Below, one piece after another: positions 17,438-26,635 of a DNA stretch of 64,000 bases; within the stretch, counting starts at the first letter, position 1, and every line of letters begins with the position of its first letter. A program made the translations under genes and the position numbers. Source of the stretch: Candidatus Methylarchaceae archaeon HK02M2 (GTDB lineage: Archaea; Thermoproteota; Nitrososphaeria; Nitrososphaerales; JACAEJ01); contig JAKLZG010000091.1 of the NCBI GenBank assembly GCA_024256165.1, positions 8,045-72,044 on the forward strand. Direction: 5' to 3'. Under the pieces are notes generated by a model, which worked only from the letters and a program-made list of their open reading frames with translations, was not told the origin of the DNA and ran no database searches.

Positions 17438-18295
17438 ATTAAAGGCATAGAAGAAAAAATTATAGAAAAGATTCTACTTTTTACTGCAACTTCTTCAATC
17501 CTTGTAGTGTTGTTTATAATTGCATTCTTGTTAGTCGAGGGATGGTCTGCCATAAACTTAGATTTTCTATTCGGTTTAACGTGGCATCCATCCAATAACG
17601 AATTTGGAATTTTGCCCATAATTATCAGCACCATCATCGTTGGAGTTGGTGCAGTCTTGATTGCATTAGTAATAGGTGTCCCTTGTGCTATTTTCCTTGC
17701 AGAATTCGCTCCAAATTGGGTTAGGAATATAATCAAGCCAAGTGTTGAGATGCTCGTTGGAGTTCCTTCAATCGTGCTTGGATTTTTTGGATTGATGTTG
17801 ATCGTTCCATTTATCAGGGATAATTTAGGAGGAAGAGGAGAATGCATTCTTGCTGGATGGATAATTCTCTCAATAATGACTTTGCCACATGTAATAACCA
17901 TATCTGAAGACGCGATAAGAGCAGTTCCAAAATCTTATCGAGAAGCATCTCTTTCTCTTGGCGCAACAAAATGGCAGACAGTCAGGAACGTAACTTTGAC
18001 AAGTGCTAAGTCAGGAATACTAGCTTCTCTTATTTTAGGCATGGGGAATGCTATAGGAGAGACTATGGCAGTCTTGATGGTAATAGGTAACCCAAACATA
18101 CCCATAATTCCAACATCCATTTTAGATAGTGTCAGGGTATTAACATCAACTATAGTTATGGAGATAAGTTATGTAGAGTGGGGCTCCCAACATCAGTATG
18201 CATTATTTGCGATAGGAGTTGTTTTGTTTGTTTTAGTTGCCATCATCAACTTGATGGCAAGATCTGCAATACAAAGAGGGATGATGAAACGATGA
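17438..18295 (+). CDS. pstC: phosphate ABC transporter permease PstC (start uncertain)
   Basis: EAA-loop region EDAIRAVPKSYREASLSLGATKWQTV. The frame is open from 17432 and encodes a PstC-like N-terminus (KIKGIEEKIIEKILLFTATSSILVV), but the first canonical start is the GTG at 17507. An in-frame ATT at 17438 lies 6 nt after GGTGA. Confidence 0.8.
   Translation: MKGIEEKIIEKILLFTATSSILVVLFIIAFLLVEGWSAINLDFLFGLTWHPSNNEFGILPIIISTIIVGVGAVLIALVIGVPCAIFLAEFAPNWVRNIIKPSVEMLVGVPSIVLGFFGLMLIVPFIRDNLGGRGECILAGWIILSIMTLPHVITISEDAIRAVPKSYREASLSLGATKWQTVRNVTLTSAKSGILASLILGMGNAIGETMAVLMVIGNPNIPIIPTSILDSVRVLTSTIVMEISYVEWGSQHQYALFAIGVVLFVLVAIINLMARSAIQRGMMKR
17921..17979 (+). repeat. 59-nt block identical to 18757-18815 (pstC copy)
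   Basis: gcagttccaaaatcttatcgagaagcatctctttctcttggcgcaacaaaatggcagac is present verbatim in both pstC and pstA. Confidence 0.9.
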
Positions 18296-19131
18296 ACGAA
18301 CAAACAAAAGAAGGGATAGTAAAAATCTTTCTATGGATTACTGGTATTATATCTGTGTTCGTCCTACTATCGATAATTTTCTATGTATTTGTAAATGGAG
18401 TAGGTGTGATAAGCCTTGAGTTCTTAACGGGTAAACCATATCGTTTTGAATATGGAGGAATATTACCCCAGATAGTTGGGTCTTTATTTCTCATTACAAT
18501 CTGTTTGCTATTCGCCGCTCCTATCGGTATAGGTTCAGGGATATATCTTGCTGAATATGCATCTGACAACCTTTTTACTAAGATAATAAGGTTCTTTGTA
18601 GAAACGCTTGCAGGCATTCCCTCCATTATAATAGGAATGTTTGGGCTGGCTTTTTTGGTCCATTACCTTTTTGGATTTTCTGTACTTTCTGGTGGTCTTG
18701 CATTAGGATTTATGATCCTTCCATGGACGGTCAGAGTATCTGAAGAAGCTGTAAGGGCAGTTCCAAAATCTTATCGAGAAGCATCTCTTTCTCTTGGCGC
18801 AACAAAATGGCAGACGGTATGGAACGTCGTCTTGAAAAGTGCAACTCCTAGCATAATAACGGGGGTACTTTTAGGTATTGGAAAGGCGATAGGTGAGACC
18901 GCTGTAGTTTTACTAACGGCTGGCTCTGGACTTGAAGCGTTTTTACCAATCTCGATATTCGACGCCGTTGGCTCTTTACCAGTTTATATTTACATGTTGG
19001 CAACACAAGGCCATACTTCTGCCGCTTTTGATAGAGCATATGGTGCTTCACTTGTTCTGATCACTATGTTTTTAATAATAAATTTAGGAGCTCTTTTTTT
19101 AAGAAATTACCTTATTAGGAGGCAAAGATAA
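18292..19131 (+). CDS. pstA: phosphate ABC transporter permease PstA
   Basis: ATGA start/stop overlap with pstC (ATG 18292, pstC TGA 18293-18295). MNEQTKEGIVKIFLWITG... and the EAA loop EEAVRAVPKSYREASLSLGATKWQTV. The longer ORF-track start at 18178 lies inside pstC. Confidence 0.85.
   Translation: MNEQTKEGIVKIFLWITGIISVFVLLSIIFYVFVNGVGVISLEFLTGKPYRFEYGGILPQIVGSLFLITICLLFAAPIGIGSGIYLAEYASDNLFTKIIRFFVETLAGIPSIIIGMFGLAFLVHYLFGFSVLSGGLALGFMILPWTVRVSEEAVRAVPKSYREASLSLGATKWQTVWNVVLKSATPSIITGVLLGIGKAIGETAVVLLTAGSGLEAFLPISIFDAVGSLPVYIYMLATQGHTSAAFDRAYGASLVLITMFLIINLGALFLRNYLIRRQR
18757..18815 (+). repeat. 59-nt block identical to 17921-17979 (pstA copy)
   Basis: See the pstC copy; verified by eye base by base. 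Confidence 0.9.
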
Positions 19132-19134
19132 AAT

Positions 19135-20004
19135 ATGAGTGATTTCAGTAAAGGCTATAGAAGATTTTTATCAGATTTGTATGAGTCAGCTCAATTATCA
19201 AATAGTGTTAAAATAGTGAAAGATAAGAAAGAAACTAACGCTTATATGGTGAAAGATAAAATAAATATTAAAAAGCTAAATGTTTGGTTTTCTGAAAGAC
19301 ACATCCTTAAAGACTTAAGTTTTATTATAAAAAGTAACAGCGTCACAGCTATAATGGGTCCATCAGGATGTGGAAAGACAACTTTCATAAGGGCCTTAAA
19401 TAGAATGAATGAAATTATCGAAGGATGCCGCACAACTGGAGAAGTGTTTCTTGATGGAATTGACATATATAGCGAAAAGATGAACGTTTTTGAGCTTAGA
19501 AAAAGGGTGGGCATGGTCTGCCAAAAACCTAACCCATTTCCTAAATCAGTCTTTGAGAATGTTTCATATGGATTGAGAATTCATAACATTACTAATGGAG
19601 AGAAGCTTGAGGAGGACGTAAAACAAGCTTTAATGGAAGCAGCACTTTGGGATGAAGTCAAGGACAGATTGAGCGAATCAGCTCTTAGGCTTTCAGGTGG
19701 ACAGCAACAGAGATTGTGCATAGCTAGGGCATTAGCTGTGAAGCCAGAAGTCATACTTTTTGACGAACCTTGCTCCGCACTCGACCCCACTGCAACAACA
19801 AAAATTGAAGACTTGATACGAAGGCTGAAGGAGAATTACACAGTAGTAATAGTTACTCATAATTTACAACAAGCTGCAAGGGTTTCTGATATGGTAGCCT
19901 TCCTATATTTAGGAAAACTTATTGAGTACGGAAGGACAAAAGATGTATTCCTAAATCCAAAGAGTGAACTCACAGAAAGATATATCACAGGCAAGTTTGG
20001 CTAA
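19135..20004 (+). CDS. pstB: phosphate ABC transporter ATP-binding protein
   Basis: Walker [10 protein letters not shown], signature LSGGQQQRL, Walker B ILFDEP. An alternative ATG at 19246 would give the usual ~250-aa length. Confidence 0.9.
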   Translation: MSDFSKGYRRFLSDLYESAQLSNSVKIVKDKKETNAYMVKDKINIKKLNVWFSERHILKDLSFIIKSNSVTAIMGPSGCGKTTFIRALNRMNEIIEGCRTTGEVFLDGIDIYSEKMNVFELRKRVGMVCQKPNPFPKSVFENVSYGLRIHNITNGEKLEEDVKQALMEAALWDEVKDRLSESALRLSGGQQQRLCIARALAVKPEVILFDEPCSALDPTATTKIEDLIRRLKENYTVVIVTHNLQQAARVSDMVAFLYLGKLIEYGRTKDVFLNPKSELTERYITGKFG

Positions 20005-20143
20005 GATTTTTTTCCTGAAAATAACAGTTCTGATTTTTAGGGTATTGTGAACACTTTTGTATATCCATAACATTTTAAAAGCTCCTAAAGTCTAGTCCCT
20101 CTCAAGCCGTAGTTCACTGACCCTGTAGTACTACGGTATCAAT

Positions 20144-20240
20144 GGCCGCCGTGGTGCAGTGGTAGCACAGGGGCCTGTGGATCTATGTAGAAAGCCCTTA
20201 GCCCGGGTTCGATATAAATACGAAAATCCCGGCGGCGGCC
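20144..20240 (+). tRNA. tRNA-His (anticodon GTG) with encoded G-1 and two short introns (37/38 and T-loop)
   Basis: G-1 followed by acceptor GCCGCCG/CGGCGGC and discriminator C. D-arm GTGC-AGTGGTA-GCAC. Anticodon stem GGGGC/GCCCT with loop CTGTGG|A interrupted by 12 nt (20181-20192). T-arm CCGGG...CCCGG interrupted by 13 nt (about 20214-20226). Both interruptions can form bulge-helix-bulge-like pairings (CTGT/GTAG and TTCG/CGAA). Confidence 0.75.
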
Positions 20241-20394
20241 TTGAATGTTAATAAAGGGATTTAACTCATAGAATTAAATAAAAAACAAATCAAAGCTGAA
20301 AGTTGAAGATCAATCGATACGAACTTAGTATGTATATAAAAAAATGGGTTATTGCGGAATTAATGATAACTTTCCTTTTAGAACTATTAAGTTC

Positions 20395-20535
20395 TTATGC
20401 AGTCACTCTTCTTAGATGATGATCCTTGAACTTGTTGACATGTGATACGGCTTTGCCAACTTGGACGAAATGCTTGCCACAATCGCATTCATACTCGAAG
20501 GAGGCATCGTGGGGATTATCTTCTTTTTTACTCAT
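20395..20535 (-). CDS. 46-aa Cys/His small protein, putative zinc finger (not in ORF track)
   Basis: Hand translation gives MSKKEDNPHDASFEYECDCGKHFVQVGKAVSHVNKFKDHHLRRVTA. AGGTAGGTGA lies 3 nt upstream of the ATG. TAA stop. Confidence 0.4.
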   Translation of the reverse strand: MSKKEDNPHDASFEYECDCGKHFVQVGKAVSHVNKFKDHHLRRVTA

Positions 20536-20854
20536 TATTCACCTACCTTGGCTTCCGATCCCAATCATCTAATATTTTAGCTTTTTGGAGATCAATTTTC
20601 AAATTTTTATAAATTGGGAATCAATCGAAGTAATACCGATGATATGTGATTTATTCTAGTATCTTTTCAAAGTATGAGATAAGCATAAATGACTTCAATA
20701 TTAAGGCTCCTTATTTCAGAAGCAAATTAAAAATGATGCTAGAATGAATTTCTCACTCTTAACTTTATGTTCTTTGTCTTTCTAAAACACTTCCTTTATT
20801 ATAAAGAGAAAGTAATTTTAATTTAATTTAAAGTATAGGTAATCGTATAACATA

Positions 20855-21517
20855 ATGAAAGGGTGTAATAGTATCCAAATAACTGTTGATTCACGTGAAC
20901 CTGGCTACATATTGGCACTACTTCTCCAGCGGGGCGTGGATGTAGAGAGAAGGATGATTACTCCAGGCGACTATGTTATATCATCTGAGTGTGCAATTGA
21001 AAGAAAGACCATTGGAGACTTCGTGAACTCCATATATACGGGTAGACTCTTCGAACAAGTAGATAGTTTAAAAGAAGCATACTTGAAGCCATTGGTCATA
21101 CTAGAGGGAGATATCGGACTAGAGTTAGAAGAGATGAAGAATCCAGGGGCATTTTGGGGCGCTATTCTTAGAATCGAAGTAGACATGAGTGTACCTATAA
21201 TAACCACGCCAACTTTCTTCCATACAGTTGACGTTTTATGCACCCTTGCGAAAAGGCTTCAAAAAAAGTTAGTGAAGAGTATACATATCCAGCACAAGCC
21301 GAGACTAATGACCGAGAAAGATTGGCAGATTTACGTTGTATCAAGCCTACCTAATGTAGGAAATGAGTTATCGAGACGCCTCCTAAAACGTTTCAAGACC
21401 ATAAGAAATATCTTTCAAGCAAGTGTACGTGATCTGGAGAGGGTCAAAGGTATCGGGGGAGCCAAGGCTAAAAAGATAATCAAACTCCTTGACATTCAGT
21501 ATAGTGTTGATGAATGA
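20855..21517 (+). CDS. xpf: XPF/ERCC4-type structure-specific endonuclease, short form (nuclease + HhH2, no helicase domain)
   Basis: ITVDSREPG ... GDYVISSECAIERKTIGDF (the GDxnERKxxxD signature). C-terminal LPNVGNELSRRLLKRF...LERVKGIGGAKAKKI helix-hairpin-helix pair. Confidence 0.85.
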   Translation: MKGCNSIQITVDSREPGYILALLLQRGVDVERRMITPGDYVISSECAIERKTIGDFVNSIYTGRLFEQVDSLKEAYLKPLVILEGDIGLELEEMKNPGAFWGAILRIEVDMSVPIITTPTFFHTVDVLCTLAKRLQKKLVKSIHIQHKPRLMTEKDWQIYVVSSLPNVGNELSRRLLKRFKTIRNIFQASVRDLERVKGIGGAKAKKIIKLLDIQYSVDE

Positions 21518-21527
21518 TTGCCTTTTT

Positions 21528-22316
21528 TTATATAGTAACAGATTCTAAAGTGCTTAAAAACTGATTTTCTATCTTGTTATGATATTCAAAGTGGTCATTA
21601 GGATCTTTCAATAAGACATAGAGCCAGTAGATCCCGAATATGCCAAAAGTTATTATTGTAAGAATTAGATAGAGAACAAAGCTTCTGTTAGGCAAAGTTA
21701 CCAATCTTCTGGGTATTGAAAACGTTATATCACATTTGTTCAATGCTTTGTTTATATCCTCCCAAAATCCATCTTCTCTTCTTTCATGTTTGTAGAAATC
21801 TCCCATCAGAAAGTAGCGGACATACCAGTCTGCAATGAATATGATTGCTGATAGAATAGCCCAAAGCGCAGCACTTTTCTCGGTTTCTTCAGCCCTAACT
21901 TCCCTCACTGTTCTTTCACAAGACGCTAACTCGAGATCTATGTTAACTCCTTTTTTTGCCGCTATTGCTTTAACTGCAGCAATGATATCATCGAAGAGAA
22001 AAATCTGTCTTTTAAAGTGAGTATTGCGTCTCTGAACAAGCTTGTAAATGAGTATTATAGAAACTATAAAAGCAATTATCATTATTATAGGTAATAAAAT
22101 AGTGAACATCAGAAGCGATAATGAAGGACCTATAGGGGTTGGTCCTGGACCAATAATCACCTCTGTGAAAGCAAAGTAGAAGAATATGCTAAATAGAAAT
22201 AGAATACCTGCGATGATGGGAGCGATATATACAAGTAGCCAAGCGTTCGACATCATTGTATCAGTCTCAACATGCATCCGAATGTCTTTTCTTATGTTTT
22301 CAATTTCAACAGTCAA
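21528..22316 (-). CDS. membrane protein with C-terminal DUF4234-like segment
   Basis: Several TM helices. LILTIITFGIFGIYWLYVLLKD resembles the DUF4234 T.GIY..YW motif. Confidence 0.5.
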   Translation of the reverse strand: MTVEIENIRKDIRMHVETDTMMSNAWLLVYIAPIIAGILFLFSIFFYFAFTEVIIGPGPTPIGPSLSLLMFTILLPIIMIIAFIVSIILIYKLVQRRNTHFKRQIFLFDDIIAAVKAIAAKKGVNIDLELASCERTVREVRAEETEKSAALWAILSAIIFIADWYVRYFLMGDFYKHERREDGFWEDINKALNKCDITFSIPRRLVTLPNRSFVLYLILTIITFGIFGIYWLYVLLKDPNDHFEYHNKIENQFLSTLESVTI

Positions 22317-22480
22317 TTGTAGTAGAGTAGTATCAGATTCTATTAATAAGATTTTAGGTGTTTTTCTAAAAATGAAAATTTAAAATAATAAGATAGTCAA
22401 ACAACTTGGGAAAAACCCTGCAGATTTTACAATGATAAATGTCATTCTACTTATACCATTTCTTCTACTAAGATTTCCTT

Positions 22481-23932
22481 TTATTCATCTTGGATTTTTG
22501 GGCCAAAAGGACAAGAAGCATCAGGTCCTAGCCAGTCTCCATGTGTGATGAATGCAGTGTATCTACAACCTCCGCATATATCGTTGTATGTACATGTTTT
22601 ACAAGAACCTTTAAGCGCTTTTCGGTTTCTAATATAACTCAATAATTCATTATGAATCCAGATTTCTTCTAGGCTTTGTTCAAGAAGATTGCCCAGTTTT
22701 ATTGGGGCAGGAACGCAGGGAATTAGGTCTCCCGAGGTGGTGAGACCTGCATAAGTTAAGCCAGCTGAGCATCCACCGAAACCCGTTGCAAGCTTCTTCA
22801 CAATCTTGGAAACTTCTCCTCCAAATTTCTCTTGAAACATCTTTTCGTGACCTGACAGGGCTTCACTTACTGTGAAAACTTTACCTTTTGAACGTTCATA
22901 TCCGAGTCGAGAATAATAAGTCATTCCTCGGGCATAACATTGCATGCCGAATCCCTCTATTACACTCTTGTAGAACTTATTGTACAATACTTCAAGAGCC
23001 TCTATCTTCTCTCTTGGAGTCACGTCAAGATAAAATGCTTCTATTCCACGACCAGCAGGTATAAGGCGGTTTAGATAAAATCTAGTCGCTCCAAGCCTCT
23101 CTGCTAGGTCCATGGTTTTTTCTAATTCATTAACGTTCTCTGAGTGCAGTGTCATAGTAACGGCCAACTCATCGAAGCCCTCAGAAGAACAATTTCTTAT
23201 TCCTTCAATAGTTGATTTAAAACTTCCAGGTTTATTTCTCAAGAAATCATGTGTTTTAGCCGTTGCACCATCTAAACCTATCTCTATCCTTTTAATACCC
23301 ACCTTAGCAAGCCTTTTCGCTACTTCAAGAGTTATCAGAGTTCCGTTGGATGCAATTGTACATAACATGCCATTGTCATTAGCTCTTTTAATCACATCAA
23401 AAACATCTTTGCGAAGTAGAGGTTCTCCTCCCGATAAGGTTAGTATAACTACTCCTCCATCGCTCATATTATCTACTACTTTGTAAGCTTGAAGAGTAGT
23501 TAGTTCTTGATGAGAAGACTCTGGTGAAGAATCTTGATGACAGTGTAAGCAGTTAAGATTACATCTGTTAGTAAAGTTCCAAACAATAACTATTGGAGCA
23601 CCTGTTGGCTGTGGATACCTTATTCCGAAATTCGCAATTCCCTTCACCACGCTAAGTATGCATTTTTTGATAAGGGGGTCTCTCATTAGTCGTTTTCTTT
23701 TATTACCATCTACTCTAAGACTGAAGAATAAAAGACGAATTAAAGGTGTTATAGCTTTTAATGTTAGTAAGCAACTTTCACAAAGAAGACTTGATGAGCA
23801 GCCTTCAAACGCTGAAAGCAATCGCTCTTGTCCACATTTTTCACATTTATATGTCAAATACCGAGCGAGAGCTTTCCAAATAGGGTTGAAGAATAGAGTT
23901 AAAGAATGGTCACCGTCAGGCATTTTAATCAT
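22481..23932 (-). CDS. radical SAM / SPASM-domain protein with Cys-rich N-terminal extension
   Basis: VWNFTNRCNLNCLHCH (CxxxCxxC). C-terminal GGCSAG...PCV and CKTCTYNDICGGC auxiliary-cluster motifs. The N-terminal ~100 aa contain YKCEKCG...CSSSLLCESC and a hydrophobic helix. Confidence 0.8.
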   Translation of the reverse strand: MIKMPDGDHSLTLFFNPIWKALARYLTYKCEKCGQERLLSAFEGCSSSLLCESCLLTLKAITPLIRLLFFSLRVDGNKRKRLMRDPLIKKCILSVVKGIANFGIRYPQPTGAPIVIVWNFTNRCNLNCLHCHQDSSPESSHQELTTLQAYKVVDNMSDGGVVILTLSGGEPLLRKDVFDVIKRANDNGMLCTIASNGTLITLEVAKRLAKVGIKRIEIGLDGATAKTHDFLRNKPGSFKSTIEGIRNCSSEGFDELAVTMTLHSENVNELEKTMDLAERLGATRFYLNRLIPAGRGIEAFYLDVTPREKIEALEVLYNKFYKSVIEGFGMQCYARGMTYYSRLGYERSKGKVFTVSEALSGHEKMFQEKFGGEVSKIVKKLATGFGGCSAGLTYAGLTTSGDLIPCVPAPIKLGNLLEQSLEEIWIHNELLSYIRNRKALKGSCKTCTYNDICGGCRYTAFITHGDWLGPDASCPFGPKIQDE

Positions 23933-24070
23933 TTAGTATCCCAATCCATTCTTCGTAATTGTATATTACGGCTCATTTACCTATTTTATATATCTGTTTG
24001 ACTATAACAATAGATAAATCAAATATTTCCCTAAACCTTATTAAAAAGGACGGTCAGAGATGGAGAGATT

Positions 24071-24859
24071 ATGAAGGTTGTAATCCATACTGATTCATTG
24101 TCTAAGCATTATGGCAAGGGTGGTGAGATTAAGGCAGTAGATGAGTTAGATCTGGAAGTTTATGAGGGAGAAACTTTCGGTCTTTTAGGTCCAAATGGGG
24201 CAGGTAAGACAACGACCGTTCGCTTGTTAAACTGTATAATAAAGCCGACAAGGGGTACAGCCTCCGTGAACGGTTATGACATCCTCAAAGACGAAACAGA
24301 AGTGAAGAGAGTCACAGGCTTGCTTGCTGAATCTCCAGGATTATACGAGAAGCTTAGCGCTTATGAATTTCTGGAGTTCATGGGAGCCCTTTACGATGTT
24401 CCCAAAAATATTATGCCTGAAAGGATAGATGACCTACTAAAGCTATTCGGACTTTATGAGAGACGTGACTACCTGCTTGAAGGCTACAGCCGAGGTATGA
24501 AACAAAAGATTTTGATAGCAGCGGCTCTGATTCATGATCCTCCTATTCTTTTCTTTGACGAACCTACCTCTATGCTAGACCCCCGCGCTGCTCTAATGGT
24601 GAAGGATCTGATAAAGGGATTAGCAGACAAGGTAGGGAAGACCATCTTCATCTGTAGCCATATTCTACCAATCGTGGAGGAGTTATGTGATAGAATAGGT
24701 ATAATCAACCAAGGCAAACTCATCGCTTTAGGCACTATAGATGAAATCATTAATCAGACAAAAACGAATACATTGGAAAGGGCTTTCATCGCTATAACAG
24801 GGGGAGTGGAGGAGAAGGAGCTATTGGCGTGGAGGGAGCAGAGAGGTGCTAGTGCCTAA
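24071..24859 (+). CDS. ABC transporter ATP-binding protein (ABC-2/DrrA-like)
   Basis: Walker A GPNGAGKTT, signature YSRGMKQKI, Walker B ILFFDEPTSMLD. Confidence 0.9.
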   Translation: MKVVIHTDSLSKHYGKGGEIKAVDELDLEVYEGETFGLLGPNGAGKTTTVRLLNCIIKPTRGTASVNGYDILKDETEVKRVTGLLAESPGLYEKLSAYEFLEFMGALYDVPKNIMPERIDDLLKLFGLYERRDYLLEGYSRGMKQKILIAAALIHDPPILFFDEPTSMLDPRAALMVKDLIKGLADKVGKTIFICSHILPIVEELCDRIGIINQGKLIALGTIDEIINQTKTNTLERAFIAITGGVEEKELLAWREQRGASA

Positions 24860-26414
24860 GTGGCTTCTGATCGCAAGGAATGAATATCGCATCCGCACAA
24901 GTAGAATACGGAAGATAAGACCCTATTTCCCCTATCTGGTTATAGGGCTACTAGCGGTTTATGTGGCTTTTCTTGCTCCAGCATTCATCGCTATGTTCAT
25001 CGATGACATTATCGCTTTCATACTATCCCAAGCTGCTGTAGCCATGGTACAGATAATACTATTCCTGATCTTTTTTTATTTCATTATAATTCCAATCAGC
25101 AACACGTTAAAGGAAGTACAGACCGAGCAGCAAGAAATCTTTCTTGCATCTCCTGTCAAGCCGAGCGATGTTCTGTTAGGTGAGTTTCTGGGCGTAATGC
25201 CTTTCTATACCATCGCTGCTGTGGTGATCATTGGCCTTTTCACATCTATTCTAACTCCTATGGGGCTGGATTTAGCTCAGATAGCGATAATAATAATGAT
25301 CTTCATCATCACTTTTTTTTCCTCTCTATGGATCGGCACTGTAATAGCTGCCATCCTTAGAACAAAGTTTGGAAAAACAGCCCGTGGAAAAGATATTGGA
25401 AAGGCCCTTAGCCTAATCATCGCTTTACCCATGATAGCAGTATTATATGCAATTATGGGCGGAGGTTTGCTTGAAGCACTTGCCGATCCTGGGACAAGTG
25501 GTTTGGTCACAACCATTCTTGGTTTGTTACCTAGTTCTTGGGGAGCAGAAGTCATAATCGGCTTTGCATCCAACCCAGGAAACATCGCCGCCGTGGGATT
25601 CGAGACTTTTACTCGTTTTGGGGGTCTTATAGCATTCTTTATAACGGTGTTTTGGTTGGGCGTAAAAGCTGCTAATCGTGCATACAGCCTTGAACCCACC
25701 ACCTTTATAGCTTCAAGGGTTAAACCGGACGGTATTTTCTATAAAACCATTAAATATCTTGGTGGAGGGAGATCTTTTGGCACCCTCTTAGTATCTACCT
25801 TCAAGACGTATGGTCGAAGGCTACAAAACCTTTCGTATATCGCCTATGCCGTTGGTTTACTCGTTTTGGTAACCATCTTTTTCACGCAGCCTGACTATCC
25901 TGAGGATGCCCTTATAATGGGCATATTCTTGTTTCCACTCCTTGCAGCGTTTGTGGCTAGCGATGTGACGCTCAGAGGAAAGGATACTCTCTTCATATAT
26001 CGAAAAACACCTAACGGTGTCGGAAGATTTGTTAAGGCGAGGTTGGTACAAGGTTGGCTAATCGTAGTTCCGATCGCTGCTGTGACTACAGCTGTCTCAA
26101 CAATCTTAATTCCCCAAACCACCTCTATTTCTTTATTGGTTAACACCGGATTAATGATGCTATTCGTTGCAGCGAACGTGGTTTTCGCTATTGGTCTATT
26201 CCTCTTAAATCCAGTCTTCTCGGACAAGTCAGGAACTTTTGTATTTAATATCTTCATAACCCCTAATATTTGGCTCGTACTTTTCATAGTTTCTCTTATT
26301 ATTTTTGACCTCGGACTATTGGATTCGCTATCTTATTTCATGATACCTATAAGTTGGATACTAGGAATTATATTCCTTTATCTTGGAAAAAGGAATATGA
26401 GTAGAATCGAATAA
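24846..26414 (+). CDS. polytopic membrane protein, probable permease partner of the ABC ATPase
   Basis: 522 aa with more than 10 hydrophobic segments. GTG start overlapping the ATPase stop by 14 nt. Confidence 0.6.
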   Translation: MLVPKWLLIARNEYRIRTSRIRKIRPYFPYLVIGLLAVYVAFLAPAFIAMFIDDIIAFILSQAAVAMVQIILFLIFFYFIIIPISNTLKEVQTEQQEIFLASPVKPSDVLLGEFLGVMPFYTIAAVVIIGLFTSILTPMGLDLAQIAIIIMIFIITFFSSLWIGTVIAAILRTKFGKTARGKDIGKALSLIIALPMIAVLYAIMGGGLLEALADPGTSGLVTTILGLLPSSWGAEVIIGFASNPGNIAAVGFETFTRFGGLIAFFITVFWLGVKAANRAYSLEPTTFIASRVKPDGIFYKTIKYLGGGRSFGTLLVSTFKTYGRRLQNLSYIAYAVGLLVLVTIFFTQPDYPEDALIMGIFLFPLLAAFVASDVTLRGKDTLFIYRKTPNGVGRFVKARLVQGWLIVVPIAAVTTAVSTILIPQTTSISLLVNTGLMMLFVAANVVFAIGLFLLNPVFSDKSGTFVFNIFITPNIWLVLFIVSLIIFDLGLLDSLSYFMIPISWILGIIFLYLGKRNMSRIE

Positions 26415-26635
26415 CGAGAAATCATCAATGAACCTATCTAGGATTCCTAATCCACTTATCGTTATGATGGTTACAATAATATATCAGTTAAAAGATTGTT
26501 AATGAGTCTAGGGTATGTTCCATGTTTTTCTTTAGGAATTGTCTAGGACCATATCTTAGGACCCTATGTAGTATAGTATTTGTATATATAGAGAGAGTAA
26601 GGATTTGACAACGAAAAAACAGATAAAACAAACAA

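Noticed and set aside
16900-17901. Long antisense ORFs (158 aa and 169 aa) opposite pstS and pstC.
   Set aside because: These are shadow ORFs on the strand opposite well-supported pst genes. Their sequences are low-complexity and S/I/P-rich with no motifs.
26590-26620. ggatttgacaacg as a possible att-like partial repeat of the tRNA-Phe T-arm (gggatttgaacccacgac), which would delimit an integrated element.
   Set aside because: Only 8 contiguous matching bases, which is expected by chance in 64 kb. There is no integrase in the interval.
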